Shown piece by piece: positions 20,418 through 31,343 of a stretch of DNA of 64,000 bases (the stretch's first letter is position 1; every line of letters starts with the position of its first letter). Where the stretch lies: assembly GCA_963665115.1 (NCBI GenBank), contig OY762007.1, positions 7,200,001 through 7,264,000 of the forward strand. The letters run 5' to 3'. Source of the DNA: an uncultured Rivularia sp. Lineage in GTDB: Bacteria; Cyanobacteriota; Cyanobacteriia; Cyanobacteriales; Nostocaceae. Both the position numbers and the translations under genes were made by a program. Below the pieces are notes generated by a model. It ran no database searches. It worked only from the letters and a program-made list of their open reading frames with translations, and had not been told where the DNA came from.

Positions 20418-21491
20418 TTATGTCATCGCTGCTTGATGCCAAAGGTTTGTCAGTAAATGCTTGTGTTCTTGAATATCTGATTTTTTCGCTTGTAAAAACC
20501 CAGCTTCTCGTATTTCTTTAGAAACTGGTTTATTAATGATATCAACTACTTCTTCTATTGAATCGTAAATAAACCCGGCTTCACCGACATATTCTTTAAT
20601 GTCTGGTCTAATATTTGGCACGCATACACCTACACCTGCCGCTTGTGCTTCGGCTACAGCCATTGGCCAGCCAACTGTTGCCAGATTAAAATCTGCCGTA
20701 TAAACTAACCACTGATGTTTTTTATACTGCGGACTCATTTCGTTTGGTTCTATTGGTAAATTGATATTTACAGGATTACCTTTTGACTCGTTAACTAGCT
20801 TCAAATTATCGACTCTATAACCAAGTGCATAAAGATTGAATTGCTTCTCGGGGATTAAAGTTGCAAGTTCGATGTAGTCTTCCATTTTTTTCTTGGGAAT
20901 AACTGCACCAGTATTCATAACTGCGTCACCGTTGGGAGAGTTGGAGTGGAAGAGTCCATAATTAATTGTCGGAAAGCAATCAATAATTTTCTCCGAGCGA
21001 ACACCATATGCTTCTAAATATTGTCGTGCAAAAGGGAAAGCTAAAACTCCCAAACAAAGTTCGTGATTTATTCTATGTAAGTTAGCTTTGATATGAGCAA
21101 CTTTCTTAAACTGCGGTGTATTTCTTTCCCATATTTCTCGCATACGTCCCTGCCAATTTTTACGACGCAAACAAAGCGTGTCGTAAGAGTGCGATCGCAC
21201 TGTAAAAGGAATCCCTAATTCTTCAGCAAGCGGTGCAATAAAATCTAGTTGATTTAAATAATGCGTGTGAAGAATATCGGGTTTTACTTGCGCGGCTAGT
21301 TCCTTAATCGCGTCTTTTTCAGTTAAGTAATGGTAGGGAAAGTGATTTTTGTAAGGAATATCTGAAGGTTTGCGAGAAACAATAGTAATGTCGTAATCCT
21401 TATAAAGTGCCTCAAGTTCAGTTTTAAGATAGGTTTGAGAAATTTGAGGATAACCTCGGATAACGTACATTACAGATAGTTTTTTTTTCAT
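20418..21491 (-). CDS. Family 4 (GT-B) glycosyltransferase
   Basis: YPQISQTY, ILHTHY and GWPMAVAEAQAAG motifs. Confidence 0.8.
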   Translation of the reverse strand: MKKKLSVMYVIRGYPQISQTYLKTELEALYKDYDITIVSRKPSDIPYKNHFPYHYLTEKDAIKELAAQVKPDILHTHYLNQLDFIAPLAEELGIPFTVRSHSYDTLCLRRKNWQGRMREIWERNTPQFKKVAHIKANLHRINHELCLGVLAFPFARQYLEAYGVRSEKIIDCFPTINYGLFHSNSPNGDAVMNTGAVIPKKKMEDYIELATLIPEKQFNLYALGYRVDNLKLVNESKGNPVNINLPIEPNEMSPQYKKHQWLVYTADFNLATVGWPMAVAEAQAAGVGVCVPNIRPDIKEYVGEAGFIYDSIEEVVDIINKPVSKEIREAGFLQAKKSDIQEHKHLLTNLWHQAAMT

Positions 21492-21529
21492 CGATCTAAT
21501 TAAATAATGGCTTATGTTGGATAATAAAT

Positions 21530-22441
21530 CTAATTACTGTTGAAAGCTTCTCGAAACACTTGCTTGGTGTAGTTTCGCAGCGTATATGACAATACCGATT
21601 TGATTCGCCCGAGAGTAGGTTTTAAATCAAGTTTCATCGCCCGCAATAAACTTAAAATAGCAGCTTTTGGTTGACCTAATTCTAACGATCTTTCTGCATG
21701 GTCGCATAAGAACTTGGCAAAGGTTTGAGGATGCAGTCTAAACAGTGATTCGTGCTTATTTACCAACCGCTCAAAATTTACTTGACGCAGGGCTGGATTG
21801 CGAGAAATTCTCTCTCCCTCATGAGCCGTAAGCTGATAAGTAACCGTCGGTAAACCCAAAATAGAACAGATTGGATTGAGCCTTAAAAACATCTCGGTAT
21901 GAACCCGAGAGGTAAAGGCTTCGTCGTAACCGCCAATTTCCAGCAGCAGCTCTCTTTCTACAACTAATGTCTGTTTAGATAAATAAGACTTATCGGGTTC
22001 GATATCTTCGAGAAAGAAATGAGAACCAAGCGGTAATGTTGGAGGTAAGCGCCTGTCAACTACTTCACCGTCAGGTTTAATCACTTCTAAACCGGAAAGC
22101 GCTGCCACTGGTTTGGGCAATGTAGTATTTTTCAAAGCATCTAAAGATACTTGCGCCATCGACGGCAATAATTGGTCATCGTCGTCAAGATAGGTGACAT
22201 ATTGACCTTTTGCAGCTTTTAAACCGACATTACGAGCTACTGCATTACCGCTATTTTTCGCAAGTCTAATTACACTCAATCGGGAATGTTCTGGTAGACT
22301 TACTGGCTTGTCGGAGCCGTCGTCAACTACAATTACCTCTACTTCTTCTACAGTTTGCTGCAAAGCACTGTTAACAGCACGCGGCAAGAAATGAGGTCTA
22401 TTGTAAGTAGGAATGATGATGCTAAGTAAAGTGTTGTTCAT
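21530..22441 (-). CDS. Family 2 glycosyltransferase
   Basis: SIIIPTYNR, VVDDGS and YLDDDD motifs. Confidence 0.9.
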   Translation of the reverse strand: MNNTLLSIIIPTYNRPHFLPRAVNSALQQTVEEVEVIVVDDGSDKPVSLPEHSRLSVIRLAKNSGNAVARNVGLKAAKGQYVTYLDDDDQLLPSMAQVSLDALKNTTLPKPVAALSGLEVIKPDGEVVDRRLPPTLPLGSHFFLEDIEPDKSYLSKQTLVVERELLLEIGGYDEAFTSRVHTEMFLRLNPICSILGLPTVTYQLTAHEGERISRNPALRQVNFERLVNKHESLFRLHPQTFAKFLCDHAERSLELGQPKAAILSLLRAMKLDLKPTLGRIKSVLSYTLRNYTKQVFREAFNSN

Positions 22442-22539
22442 TTTGACACACCCAAATGCTATATTTTTGGTTGATTAACAAATGGAACCATTCTTAAACT
22501 GGAAAAAATTGTATTTGAATAAGTAATTCCATCAATGCC

Positions 22540-23829
22540 TTAGAGGATGTTTTCTTTACTCACAACTTGCCATTCTCTAGGTTGATAAAACTGACATCTA
22601 CTAACAGTTTTATTAGCTTTAACTGTGAATCGAAAAGATTCAACGATGTCGTAGGATAATACACCATTGCGAATATAAACTCTGGCACTATATACGCCAG
22701 GAACCATCGAGCAATAAGGCATATGCATACGTATTTCCGATTTGCCGATGGGAATTTCTAAATCTCGATTATCGCTATTAGAAGTCAGATATAAAACAAG
22801 ACCTTCTCCTCCCGATAATGCCGTAATTAGCATACCCAAATTGGCAGTCTTAATATGCTCGTAAGACTTACATTCTACACTTAAATATGCCGGTTCGCCA
22901 GTAAATAAAGTTTCTAAGTTATTATCTTGCTCATCTTTAAAGCATAGAGAAACTATGTCTAAACCGTTGCTTTTTTCTTTGGGCTTAGGCGGCATAACCA
23001 TTCTTCCCAAAGCATTTTCCTTACCGCTCAAACACAAGTCTTCTTCATATGTACGAATTACTTGTTCGGTATCTCCAGAAGCAAGCAACTGACCTTTTTT
23101 CAAAAATATAGAGCTTTCACATATGTTTAATATGCTGTGAGAGTTATGGGTAACTAAAATAAATGCCGTGCCTTTTTTACGCAACTCAGATAGCTTGCGA
23201 TGGCATTTCATTTTAAATTTGACATCACCTACTGCCAACACTTCATCTATTAATAAAATATCGGGTTCGATATGAACGGCGCAAGCAAATCCCAATCGTG
23301 CAGCCATTCCCGAACTATAAGTTTGAACTGGTGCATCAATTGCGTCGGCGATTTCGGCAAATGCTACAACTTCATCAAATCTCTTTTCAATTTCAGCGGT
23401 TGGTAAACCGAGAATTGACATATTAGCGTAGATATTTTCTCGTCCCGATAAAATCGGATTAAAACCTGCTCCCAAAGCAATCAAAGGAGCGACTCTACCT
23501 TTAACTTTTACGGTTCCAGTATCGGGTTTAATTAAACCACTAATAATTCGTAATATGGTACTTTTTCCGGCTCCATTAGAACCTACTAAACCGAGCGCTT
23601 CACCTCGATGTAATTTAAAGCTGACATCATTAATAGCCCAAAACTCATTTTTACGTAGAGCATCGCTTTTTCTTTTACCACCAGTAACTTCAGTAGCGAT
23701 ATCTTGTACGCCGTAAAATAAAGAGCGTTTTAAATCCCTACAGAACTTTTTAGAAACATTTTCAACGGAAATAACTGCTTGACGTTCTTCGGGCTGCGTA
23801 TCAATTTCTTTTGTTATTAAACTAGTCAT
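22540..23829 (-). CDS. wzt: Polysaccharide ABC exporter ATPase with Wzt C-terminal domain
   Basis: GSNGAGKST, YSSGMAARLGFA and DEVLAVGD motifs. Confidence 0.9.
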   Translation of the reverse strand: MTSLITKEIDTQPEERQAVISVENVSKKFCRDLKRSLFYGVQDIATEVTGGKRKSDALRKNEFWAINDVSFKLHRGEALGLVGSNGAGKSTILRIISGLIKPDTGTVKVKGRVAPLIALGAGFNPILSGRENIYANMSILGLPTAEIEKRFDEVVAFAEIADAIDAPVQTYSSGMAARLGFACAVHIEPDILLIDEVLAVGDVKFKMKCHRKLSELRKKGTAFILVTHNSHSILNICESSIFLKKGQLLASGDTEQVIRTYEEDLCLSGKENALGRMVMPPKPKEKSNGLDIVSLCFKDEQDNNLETLFTGEPAYLSVECKSYEHIKTANLGMLITALSGGEGLVLYLTSNSDNRDLEIPIGKSEIRMHMPYCSMVPGVYSARVYIRNGVLSYDIVESFRFTVKANKTVSRCQFYQPREWQVVSKENIL

Positions 23830-23832
23830 AAT

Positions 23833-24717
23833 TTAGGAACTTACTCTCTCAACCACAAAAGGCATTGCCAAACGAAAACCAACCCAAGTTACAAATAATC
23901 CAATTATAGTAATAATACTGACTATCCAAAACCCTACGGGTTCCGATATAATTCCCGTGGTGGCGAGTTCTCGCGTCGTTACGAGCAAGGGAGTAACGGG
24001 ATTTAGTTTGACTATATTGCCGAAAATTCCTTCTGTAGGAACTGGATAAACTACAGGAGTTAGAAACAGCCAAAAACTCGTGATTAAGGTTAAACCCTTT
24101 GATACATCTTGATATAACACTCCTAAAGGTGATAGTAAAACACCGATAAAGGTACCCAAGAAAATTAAATGAATTAAAGCTACAGGTGCTAAAACCACCG
24201 TCCAACTTACGGGAACGCGGAACCAGATAAATAAGCCGATAATTAGAATTAACTTGATAGCAAAATTAAAAAAAACTTCGCCTAGTTTGGCTAGAATTAA
24301 CGCTTCTCTAGGAAAGTTGACTCTTGATAGCATCGGTTTTGCTACCGTTACAGCTTTTACCGGGCCGTTGATTGCTTCTACAAAGGTTTGCCACAAAGCA
24401 GTGCTAAACATTACATAGGCAGGATAAGGTAAATCCGTTTGTCCAATATTGATCACCTTGGCTTGACTGGCGAGAGTGAACCCCGCAGCCATGACTATTG
24501 GCGGTATAAAAGCCCAAATTACACCTAAGAATGACTGACGATATTGAGCGCTGATATCCCTTACCAACAGTCTCCAAGCAAGTTCGCGAGAACTTAACAA
24601 ATCCAGCCACATTTGTTGAAATAATCTGACAGGATGTCTCAGTAAACTTTCTGGGGTATAAATAGCTTCCTGGGGCTGATAATTCCTAAATTTATTTTTT
24701 TTCAATTTCCTTTTCAA
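23833..24717 (-). CDS. wzm: Polysaccharide ABC exporter permease
   Basis: RDISAQYRQSFLGVIW, FLTPVVYP and LNPVT motifs; adjacent to wzt. Confidence 0.9.
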   Translation of the reverse strand: MKRKLKKNKFRNYQPQEAIYTPESLLRHPVRLFQQMWLDLLSSRELAWRLLVRDISAQYRQSFLGVIWAFIPPIVMAAGFTLASQAKVINIGQTDLPYPAYVMFSTALWQTFVEAINGPVKAVTVAKPMLSRVNFPREALILAKLGEVFFNFAIKLILIIGLFIWFRVPVSWTVVLAPVALIHLIFLGTFIGVLLSPLGVLYQDVSKGLTLITSFWLFLTPVVYPVPTEGIFGNIVKLNPVTPLLVTTRELATTGIISEPVGFWIVSIITIIGLFVTWVGFRLAMPFVVERVSS

Positions 24718-24796
24718 TCTTTTTCACCCTTGGTTTTAAAGTTTTTCGGAAACCCATGCGTTATCCACTAGATGTAGAGACTTATAATCTTGTGGG

Positions 24797-24859
24797 AACC
24801 TCACCCCCCTTCCCCTCTCCTTATTAAGGAGAGGGGTGTCCGAAGGACGGGGTGAGGTT
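24797..24859. repeat. GC-rich nested palindromic dispersed repeat
   Basis: aacctcacccc...cccctctcctt..aaggagagggg...ggggtgaggtt. Confidence 0.7.
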
Positions 24860-24866
24860 TTAGGTT

Positions 24867-25925
24867 TTAACCTTGCGATGCTGTAACCGCAGATGGTGGT
24901 TGAGTAGGAGGATTTTGATTGGAATTATTTTGTAGGTGTTTGCGAGCGTAGCTGCTGGTAATGTAGTGATTGAGCAATCTATCTGCTTTACCAACTAATT
25001 TACCGACTACTTTAGATAAGAAACTATTCCCGAAGCTCAGTTTCTGGCAAATGGGGTCGATAATGGTCATCTTTCTGCGCCATCCCAACCGCTTATATTT
25101 ATTTTGGAAATACTTGTCTTCGCTCAGATTCCACTTTTCGCGCAATCTTTTCAAACTAGCCATTTCCCAACCGTCGCTCCAACGCAACATATAATACCCA
25201 ACATCCGACCATTCTAAAGGTGGCCCGGGTACATAGGTTACTAAGGAATCGGGTTCTAAATAAATAGTACCGCCAGCTTCGGCTACCAAGATGCACAAAT
25301 CTACGTGTTCTTTGGTATTCAGTAAACCTTCATCGAGCAAACCGATTTTATCGAAAATTTCTGTGCGTACCACCATACAGTGAAATTCCGCCAATCCGGT
25401 TTCTTGACGCTGCAATTTAGGACGCACATCTGCAACTTTTCGTCCTTGCTTGAAAATCTTTTCAATAAACCGTCTTCTCGTGGTGTTATCTTTGGTTTCT
25501 ACTTTGATTCCCGATGCACCACCCGCACAATGCACTTCTTCATGTAGCGGCAAGTATTGACATACAAGAGGACTGACTACGGTTGCATTGGTTTCTTCGG
25601 CGCAATCCACAGCAGTTTTCAACCAGCCGGGTGTTACCACCACGTCGTTATCGATAAACACTACATACTTAGTATCAACTTTTCGCAAACCAAGATTTCT
25701 GGCGTGGTTGGGAGAAAGATAATGTTCGGTACGAATTACTTGAAATTGCTTTTCGGCTGCTTGAGTTTCTAAGTAATTCTTAATATGAGCAGGCGAACCA
25801 CCATCAACATAAATTAACTTGAATGGTAACTGCGTATGCTCGTAAATACTTTCTAAAGATTCGCGAGTATAGCTAAAACGTTCTCGTGGTGCAACTACGA
25901 TTGTTACTTCTGGTTTGGAGTTCAT
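24867..25925 (-). CDS. Family 2 glycosyltransferase
   Basis: YVDGGS, ARNLGL and VFIDND motifs. Confidence 0.88.
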   Translation of the reverse strand: MNSKPEVTIVVAPRERFSYTRESLESIYEHTQLPFKLIYVDGGSPAHIKNYLETQAAEKQFQVIRTEHYLSPNHARNLGLRKVDTKYVVFIDNDVVVTPGWLKTAVDCAEETNATVVSPLVCQYLPLHEEVHCAGGASGIKVETKDNTTRRRFIEKIFKQGRKVADVRPKLQRQETGLAEFHCMVVRTEIFDKIGLLDEGLLNTKEHVDLCILVAEAGGTIYLEPDSLVTYVPGPPLEWSDVGYYMLRWSDGWEMASLKRLREKWNLSEDKYFQNKYKRLGWRRKMTIIDPICQKLSFGNSFLSKVVGKLVGKADRLLNHYITSSYARKHLQNNSNQNPPTQPPSAVTASQG

Positions 25926-26043
25926 ATTTTAATCCTCTACTTTTGCATTTAAATGTATTTGGGACTTACAGAAAAATTGGGGTGTAGCATTCAAATTTGT
26001 ATAAATACCTGCCGAATATAATTCACTGCTACACAAACTAATT

Positions 26044-27378
26044 TCAGCCTGCGGAGGCAGGCTTTGTTTTTGTAGCCCCAGACTTATAGTCTGAGGGTGT
26101 CTGAATTTTCTTTGATTTATGTAAATCATTACCCGATACCTGTTGATACATTTCCACTAGCTCGGAGTTAAGTTTGTTGGTATCATACTTATTTTCTACT
26201 TTTTGGCGACCTGATAAACCCATTTGTTGCCAAATTTCAGGATGCTCTATTAAATAAATTATTTTCTGAGCAATAGCTTTTTGATCTCGTTCGGGAACCA
26301 AAGATCCTGAAATACCATCTTCAACCAATTCGGGAATGCCACCGTGGTTCGTACCGATAACTGGTAAACCCATAGCCATAGCCTCTTTCAAGGTATTAAC
26401 AGGAGCATCTTGATTGCCGTCGCTTGCAGTGACGCTTGGCGCTACAAAGATATGAGCTTCATCAAGAATAGATATAATTTCTTTTTGGTTTCTCCATCCC
26501 TTTAAATGAACTTTATCGGCAATGTTCAATTCTTGAACGATCTGAACAAAACGTTCTTTTAATTCCCCATCACCGATAATATTGAATTCAACCTTGGGAT
26601 AAACTTTTGCGACTTCAGCAATTGCCCGAATAGCATATTCTATGCCTTTTTTTTCTATTAAACGTCCTGTGGTAGCTATACGAATTAAGCCAGAAGCATC
26701 CGGATATCTGGCTTTAAATGTAAACCGACTGCAATCTATTCCCGAACCGTGAACGACAATTTTATTTTCATCGCATCCGAGTTGAATTACTCGCTGTCTG
26801 AAAAATTCGCAATTAGTATAGAAAAAGTCTCCTTTTTCAAACAGTCCGTCGTAGACATTTTCGCCATACTGATGTAAATACCAACTGATATCGTATCCGC
26901 GAAAAGTCGTTATAATCGCTCCTTTAACTGCACCAATCTCGCGCAGTACTATGCCTTCATAACTGTAAAGACCGAATTTACAAATTGCTTGTCTGCCAAA
27001 TTGACAGTGAATAATATCGTATTTTGGTAAGTCCAAAAAAGGTAAAGTTGAATAAAACAGTCTAAAAGAAGCTGCTCGTTTTCCGTACTTAAAAATATTT
27101 AGAGAACGCAGCAAAACCAATGGAGCCTGAGAAAAGTTTTTTGCAAACAAACGAAGGGCATCAAAGAAACGCCATAAGTAGTTTCGAGGAATTTCAGGCA
27201 AGTAGCGCGTGCATTCAACTAATTTATATTTTTCTACATCTGGATGGGGCTTATTACCGTCAGCCTGCCTTGCATAAATATGTACTTCATGTCCGCGATC
27301 GATCAAACCTGTAATTTGATTAATTACGAATGTTTCCGATAAAATTGGGAATACGTCTACTATAAAAGCAATTTTCAT
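26044..27378 (-). CDS. WcaL-like family 4 glycosyltransferase
   Basis: FPILSETFVINQITGLID, HCQFG, GRLIEKKG and LKEAMAMGLPV motifs. Confidence 0.88.
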   Translation of the reverse strand: MKIAFIVDVFPILSETFVINQITGLIDRGHEVHIYARQADGNKPHPDVEKYKLVECTRYLPEIPRNYLWRFFDALRLFAKNFSQAPLVLLRSLNIFKYGKRAASFRLFYSTLPFLDLPKYDIIHCQFGRQAICKFGLYSYEGIVLREIGAVKGAIITTFRGYDISWYLHQYGENVYDGLFEKGDFFYTNCEFFRQRVIQLGCDENKIVVHGSGIDCSRFTFKARYPDASGLIRIATTGRLIEKKGIEYAIRAIAEVAKVYPKVEFNIIGDGELKERFVQIVQELNIADKVHLKGWRNQKEIISILDEAHIFVAPSVTASDGNQDAPVNTLKEAMAMGLPVIGTNHGGIPELVEDGISGSLVPERDQKAIAQKIIYLIEHPEIWQQMGLSGRQKVENKYDTNKLNSELVEMYQQVSGNDLHKSKKIQTPSDYKSGATKTKPASAG

Positions 27379-27868
27379 AAATGTAAAAAGAGGTGTAAAA
27401 CTATGTTTTTTAGATATGCATCAAAGTAACAATAATTGCTTGCAAGAGGTTCGCTTTTTACAATAATCTTTTTTGTTTTCGACCGCACATTTTTCCGGAT
27501 AACTTCACTGTTTCTTTATTTGCTATCCTCAAAAGTCAATTTTGTTTAAAGCAGATTTTAATTTACTACAAGTGGAAATACAGTCAAAAAAAGCTTAAAA
27601 CCCGTCAAGACATGATATTACCAACATCAAGCTCAAATAATATTTGAAAAAAAAATATTCATCTGTATATTGACCTACATCTTTGTGTAATTATACGTCC
27701 TTTAAATTTTGGGTCAAGTTTATCTGTAAAAAATAATACTAAGATAGATTCAGAGTGTTTTTGAATATAAATAATTGAAATCAAATTAATCTATTTTCCG
27801 CATAATTTTCATAGAAAGTAAGAAAATTAAATATAGAAAGCTTTGATAATTTAGCGGAAGCGATAATT

Positions 27869-29410
27869 ATGTCTTTAACACAAGAGATTCTCTCGCAATT
27901 GCCCGGTGATGTTTTAGGGGGATTACGTCGTGCAGATAGTATATTAGCATCTTTAAAATCGGGAGAAGCACCCGTACCGATGGTAGTGAAAGAGAACCAA
28001 CAACTTCTAAGTAATATAGATTGGGATGTAATTATTTCTGGTGGAACATTAGGTATTTTAATTGGTTGCGCTTTGGTTTCACGAGGTGTAAAAGTCGCGC
28101 TAATTGAAAGAGGAATTTTACAAGGTAGAGAACAGGAATGGAACATATCTCGTCATGAATTACAAGTACTTTTAGAGTTAGATTTGCTTACCTCTGAAGA
28201 ACTAGAAAAGGCGATCGCCACTGAATATAATCCAGCGAGAGTAAGTTTCGCTTCGGGTACTGAAGTTTGGGTAGAAAATGTGCTTAATATCGGCGTATAT
28301 CCGGTTTATTTACTGGAAACTTTGAAACAGCGATTTTTGCAGAGGGGAGGAAAGCTGTTTGAAAATACACCTTTTACCGAAGCAGTAGTTCATCCCGATG
28401 GGGTGATGGTAAATAATCAATTCAAAAGCAGATTGCTAATTGACGCAATGGGAAATTTTTCTCCCATCACTCAGCAAATACGTCAAGGAGTCAAACCAGA
28501 TGCATTGTGTATGGTAGTGGGAACTTGTGCGTCAGGCTTTCCGGAAAACCACAGTGGTGACTTGTTGTTATCTTTCACTGAAGTAGAAAACCAGTGTCAG
28601 TACTTCTGGGAAGCTTTTCCAGCAAAAGATGGTAGAACAACTTATATGTTTACCTATATAGATGCAGATCCACAGCGTATCGGTTTAGAAGCATTTTTTG
28701 AAGAATATCTGCGCTTGATGCCAGAATATCAAAACGTGGAATTGCAGCAGCTTGATTTTAAACGAGCGCTATTTGGCTTCTTTCCTTCTTACCGTCAAAG
28801 TCCTTTAAAAACGCCATTTTCTCGTATTTTACCAATAGGTGACAGCAGCGGAAATCAATCTCCTTTAAGTTTCGGTGGTTTCGGAGCCATGATACGAAAT
28901 CTTAAACGTTTAACTTTAGGAGTTGAAGAAGCTTTGCAAACCGATCGATTATCCGAAGCATCGCTATCATTATTGCAACCATATCAACCGAGTTTAACAG
29001 TTACTTGGTTATTTCAAAAGGCGATGAGTGTGGGTGTAAATCAAAAAATTCAGCCAAATCAAATTAATGAATTACTATCAGTTGTATTTGCTGAAATGGA
29101 AAAATTAGGTGAACCAGTACTCAAACCATTTTTACAAGACGTGGTGCAGTTTGGAGGTTTAACAAAAACGCTTTTCAAAACAAGTTTAGCTAATCCAGGT
29201 TTAATTATAAAAATTATTCCTCAAGTTGGCCTAATAACTTTAATCGATTGGATGTGGCATTACATTAATTTAGGTGTTTATTCTCTTTTATTCAATGTCA
29301 GTCTAATGTTAGAACCGTTAATAATAAATCTACCAGAAAACTATCAATATTATTGGCATCGTTGGGTTGATGCTTGGAAATTTGGTTCTGGAAATGACTA
29401 CGAGGAATAA
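27869..29410 (+). CDS. cruP: FAD-dependent oxidoreductase, CruP-like (lycopene cyclase CruA/CruP family)
   Basis: DVIISGGTLG, GREQEWNISR and GDSSGNQSPLSFGGFG motifs; length about 510 aa. Confidence 0.7.
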   Translation: MSLTQEILSQLPGDVLGGLRRADSILASLKSGEAPVPMVVKENQQLLSNIDWDVIISGGTLGILIGCALVSRGVKVALIERGILQGREQEWNISRHELQVLLELDLLTSEELEKAIATEYNPARVSFASGTEVWVENVLNIGVYPVYLLETLKQRFLQRGGKLFENTPFTEAVVHPDGVMVNNQFKSRLLIDAMGNFSPITQQIRQGVKPDALCMVVGTCASGFPENHSGDLLLSFTEVENQCQYFWEAFPAKDGRTTYMFTYIDADPQRIGLEAFFEEYLRLMPEYQNVELQQLDFKRALFGFFPSYRQSPLKTPFSRILPIGDSSGNQSPLSFGGFGAMIRNLKRLTLGVEEALQTDRLSEASLSLLQPYQPSLTVTWLFQKAMSVGVNQKIQPNQINELLSVVFAEMEKLGEPVLKPFLQDVVQFGGLTKTLFKTSLANPGLIIKIIPQVGLITLIDWMWHYINLGVYSLLFNVSLMLEPLIINLPENYQYYWHRWVDAWKFGSGNDYEE

Positions 29411-29540
29411 GTTAGGATTTGGGAGTTAGGATTTGGGAGTTATGGAAATTTAGATTTTAGATTTTAGATTTTGGATTGCAGATACAGCAATAAATTTAGT
29501 TTAGCAAATAACAACTATCAAATATCAACTATCAAATAAA

Positions 29541-30245
29541 ATGATTCAAAAGCAATCTACAGTCAATAAATACTTTTTTGTATTAACCACTTTGCTGCGA
29601 GAACGGCAAGTTTTTTTAGAAGAAATTCGTGAAAAGGTTAGATTACAAAGTAAAATTATTTCTTTGTTAGTTTGTAGCTCTTTGTTTCTTGCTGGGTATG
29701 GTGCAATTATTGGTGCTTACCATAGCTGGATGCAGGCTTTATCTTCTGCTGTCAAATTACCAGCGCTTTATTTAATTACATTATTGATTTGTCTGCCGAC
29801 TTTGTACTTTGCCAATATAATATTCGGCGATAAAAGGACTTTCCCTCAGTATTTTGCTTTGGTGTTGACTGCGGTTTCAGTAACAAGCGTACTGTTATTT
29901 AGCTTTGCGCCCATAACTTTGTTTTTTATGCTTAGTACTGGTAACTATCAGTTCTTGATTCTATTAAACGTAATTATTTTCGCAGCTACAGGATTTATCG
30001 GAATTTCCTCTTTATCTAAAGCTGCAAAAGTTGTTTTAGAGCAAGATGGAGAGAATAGTAACACGCGCCGTAAAATATTGCGCGGTTGGCTGTTTTTATA
30101 TGCTTTTGTTGGCAGTCAATTAGGATGGACTCTCAGACCATTTTTTGGTACACCAACATCACCTTTTACATTATTTAGAGAAAGGGAAGGAAATTTTTAC
30201 CTGAGTATTATTCAATCTTTAGCTCACCTTTTGGGATTTAGTTAG
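29541..30245 (+). CDS. Multi-TM membrane protein, paralog 1
   Basis: About 5 TM segments; VGSQLGWTLRPFFG motif. Confidence 0.8.
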   Translation: MIQKQSTVNKYFFVLTTLLRERQVFLEEIREKVRLQSKIISLLVCSSLFLAGYGAIIGAYHSWMQALSSAVKLPALYLITLLICLPTLYFANIIFGDKRTFPQYFALVLTAVSVTSVLLFSFAPITLFFMLSTGNYQFLILLNVIIFAATGFIGISSLSKAAKVVLEQDGENSNTRRKILRGWLFLYAFVGSQLGWTLRPFFGTPTSPFTLFREREGNFYLSIIQSLAHLLGFS

Positions 30246-30434
30246 TTGTTAGTTGTTAGCAGTGAGCAGTGAGGAATTAGGAATCGGTAATTCAAAACAA
30301 GCAAGGAGCAAATAGCGGACACTAAGAATGGTTACGTTTATATCTTGTCTCCCCATCTCCCCCTCTTGCGATTCCCAACATTCATAAAATCAATAATAAA
30401 TTCTGAAATAAATAACATAACAATAAATAAAACA

Positions 30435-31166
30435 ATGAACCAAGAAGATAACGCGCTGGAAAAAAAGACTGAGTTTCAAGGAAGCCAGCATTTTAATGTT
30501 TTACTCAGCTTATTACGCGATCGACAAGGGTTTTTAGAAGAAATTCGTCAGGAAATTAGATTGCAAAGTAAAGCTAATTCTCTACTAGTTTGTAGCTCTA
30601 TTTTCTTCGCAATTTATGGTGGAATTATTGGTGCTTCTCACGGTTGGATGCAGGCTTTAACCAGTACTATCAAACTTCCTGCATTCTACTTGCTGTCGAT
30701 CATGATTTGCTTTCCGACTTTATTCTTTTTCAATGTTTTATTTGGCTCTCGAAGTACTTTAAAGCAGCATTTTTTGGTGTTGCTTACCGCTGTATCTGTA
30801 ATTAGCGTGTTGCTTTTTAGCTTTGCCCCAGTGACGTTATTTTTTCTGATCACAACACCCGACTCTTACCAATTTTTCAAGATTCTTAACGTATTGATTT
30901 TTGGTATTACGGGTGCATTTGGGGTTAAATTTCTTTACGATGGAATGCAGCTACTTTCCCAAGAAAATGAAACTGGTAAGGGTACTCGCACTACTATTTT
31001 AAGGTCTTGGTTACTACTTTACGGCTTCGTCGGTATGCAGTTAGGATGGTTTTTAAGACCGTTTTTTGGTGCCCCCGGTACTAAGTTTGAATTGTTTCGC
31101 GAAGTACAGGGAAATTTTTATCTTGATATTGTTGCAGCGATTTCGGAAATTTTCGGATTTAGATAA
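30435..31166 (+). CDS. Multi-TM membrane protein, paralog 2
   Basis: VGMQLGWFLRPFFG; aligns with 29541..30245. ATG at 30435 preferred over the upstream TTG. Confidence 0.8.
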   Translation: MNQEDNALEKKTEFQGSQHFNVLLSLLRDRQGFLEEIRQEIRLQSKANSLLVCSSIFFAIYGGIIGASHGWMQALTSTIKLPAFYLLSIMICFPTLFFFNVLFGSRSTLKQHFLVLLTAVSVISVLLFSFAPVTLFFLITTPDSYQFFKILNVLIFGITGAFGVKFLYDGMQLLSQENETGKGTRTTILRSWLLLYGFVGMQLGWFLRPFFGAPGTKFELFREVQGNFYLDIVAAISEIFGFR

Positions 31167-31343
31167 ATTAGTTAGGAGTTGGGAGTTAGGAGTTAAAGCA
31201 TCTTTTTCCCTATAAGTTAATCAAATAGCTGATTATAAAAGGTTTGTAGTAAAGACTTTAGTCCTTTATTCAAGGGCTTAAGCCCTTACTACGAACCTAT
31301 TTAAAACAATATTTCTAACTTTTAATTATCAACTCCTAACTCC

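Noticed and set aside
19017..27378. Novel system in the glycosyltransferase cluster
   Set aside because: Ordinary wzm/wzt-dependent polysaccharide locus with standard GT2/GT4 genes.
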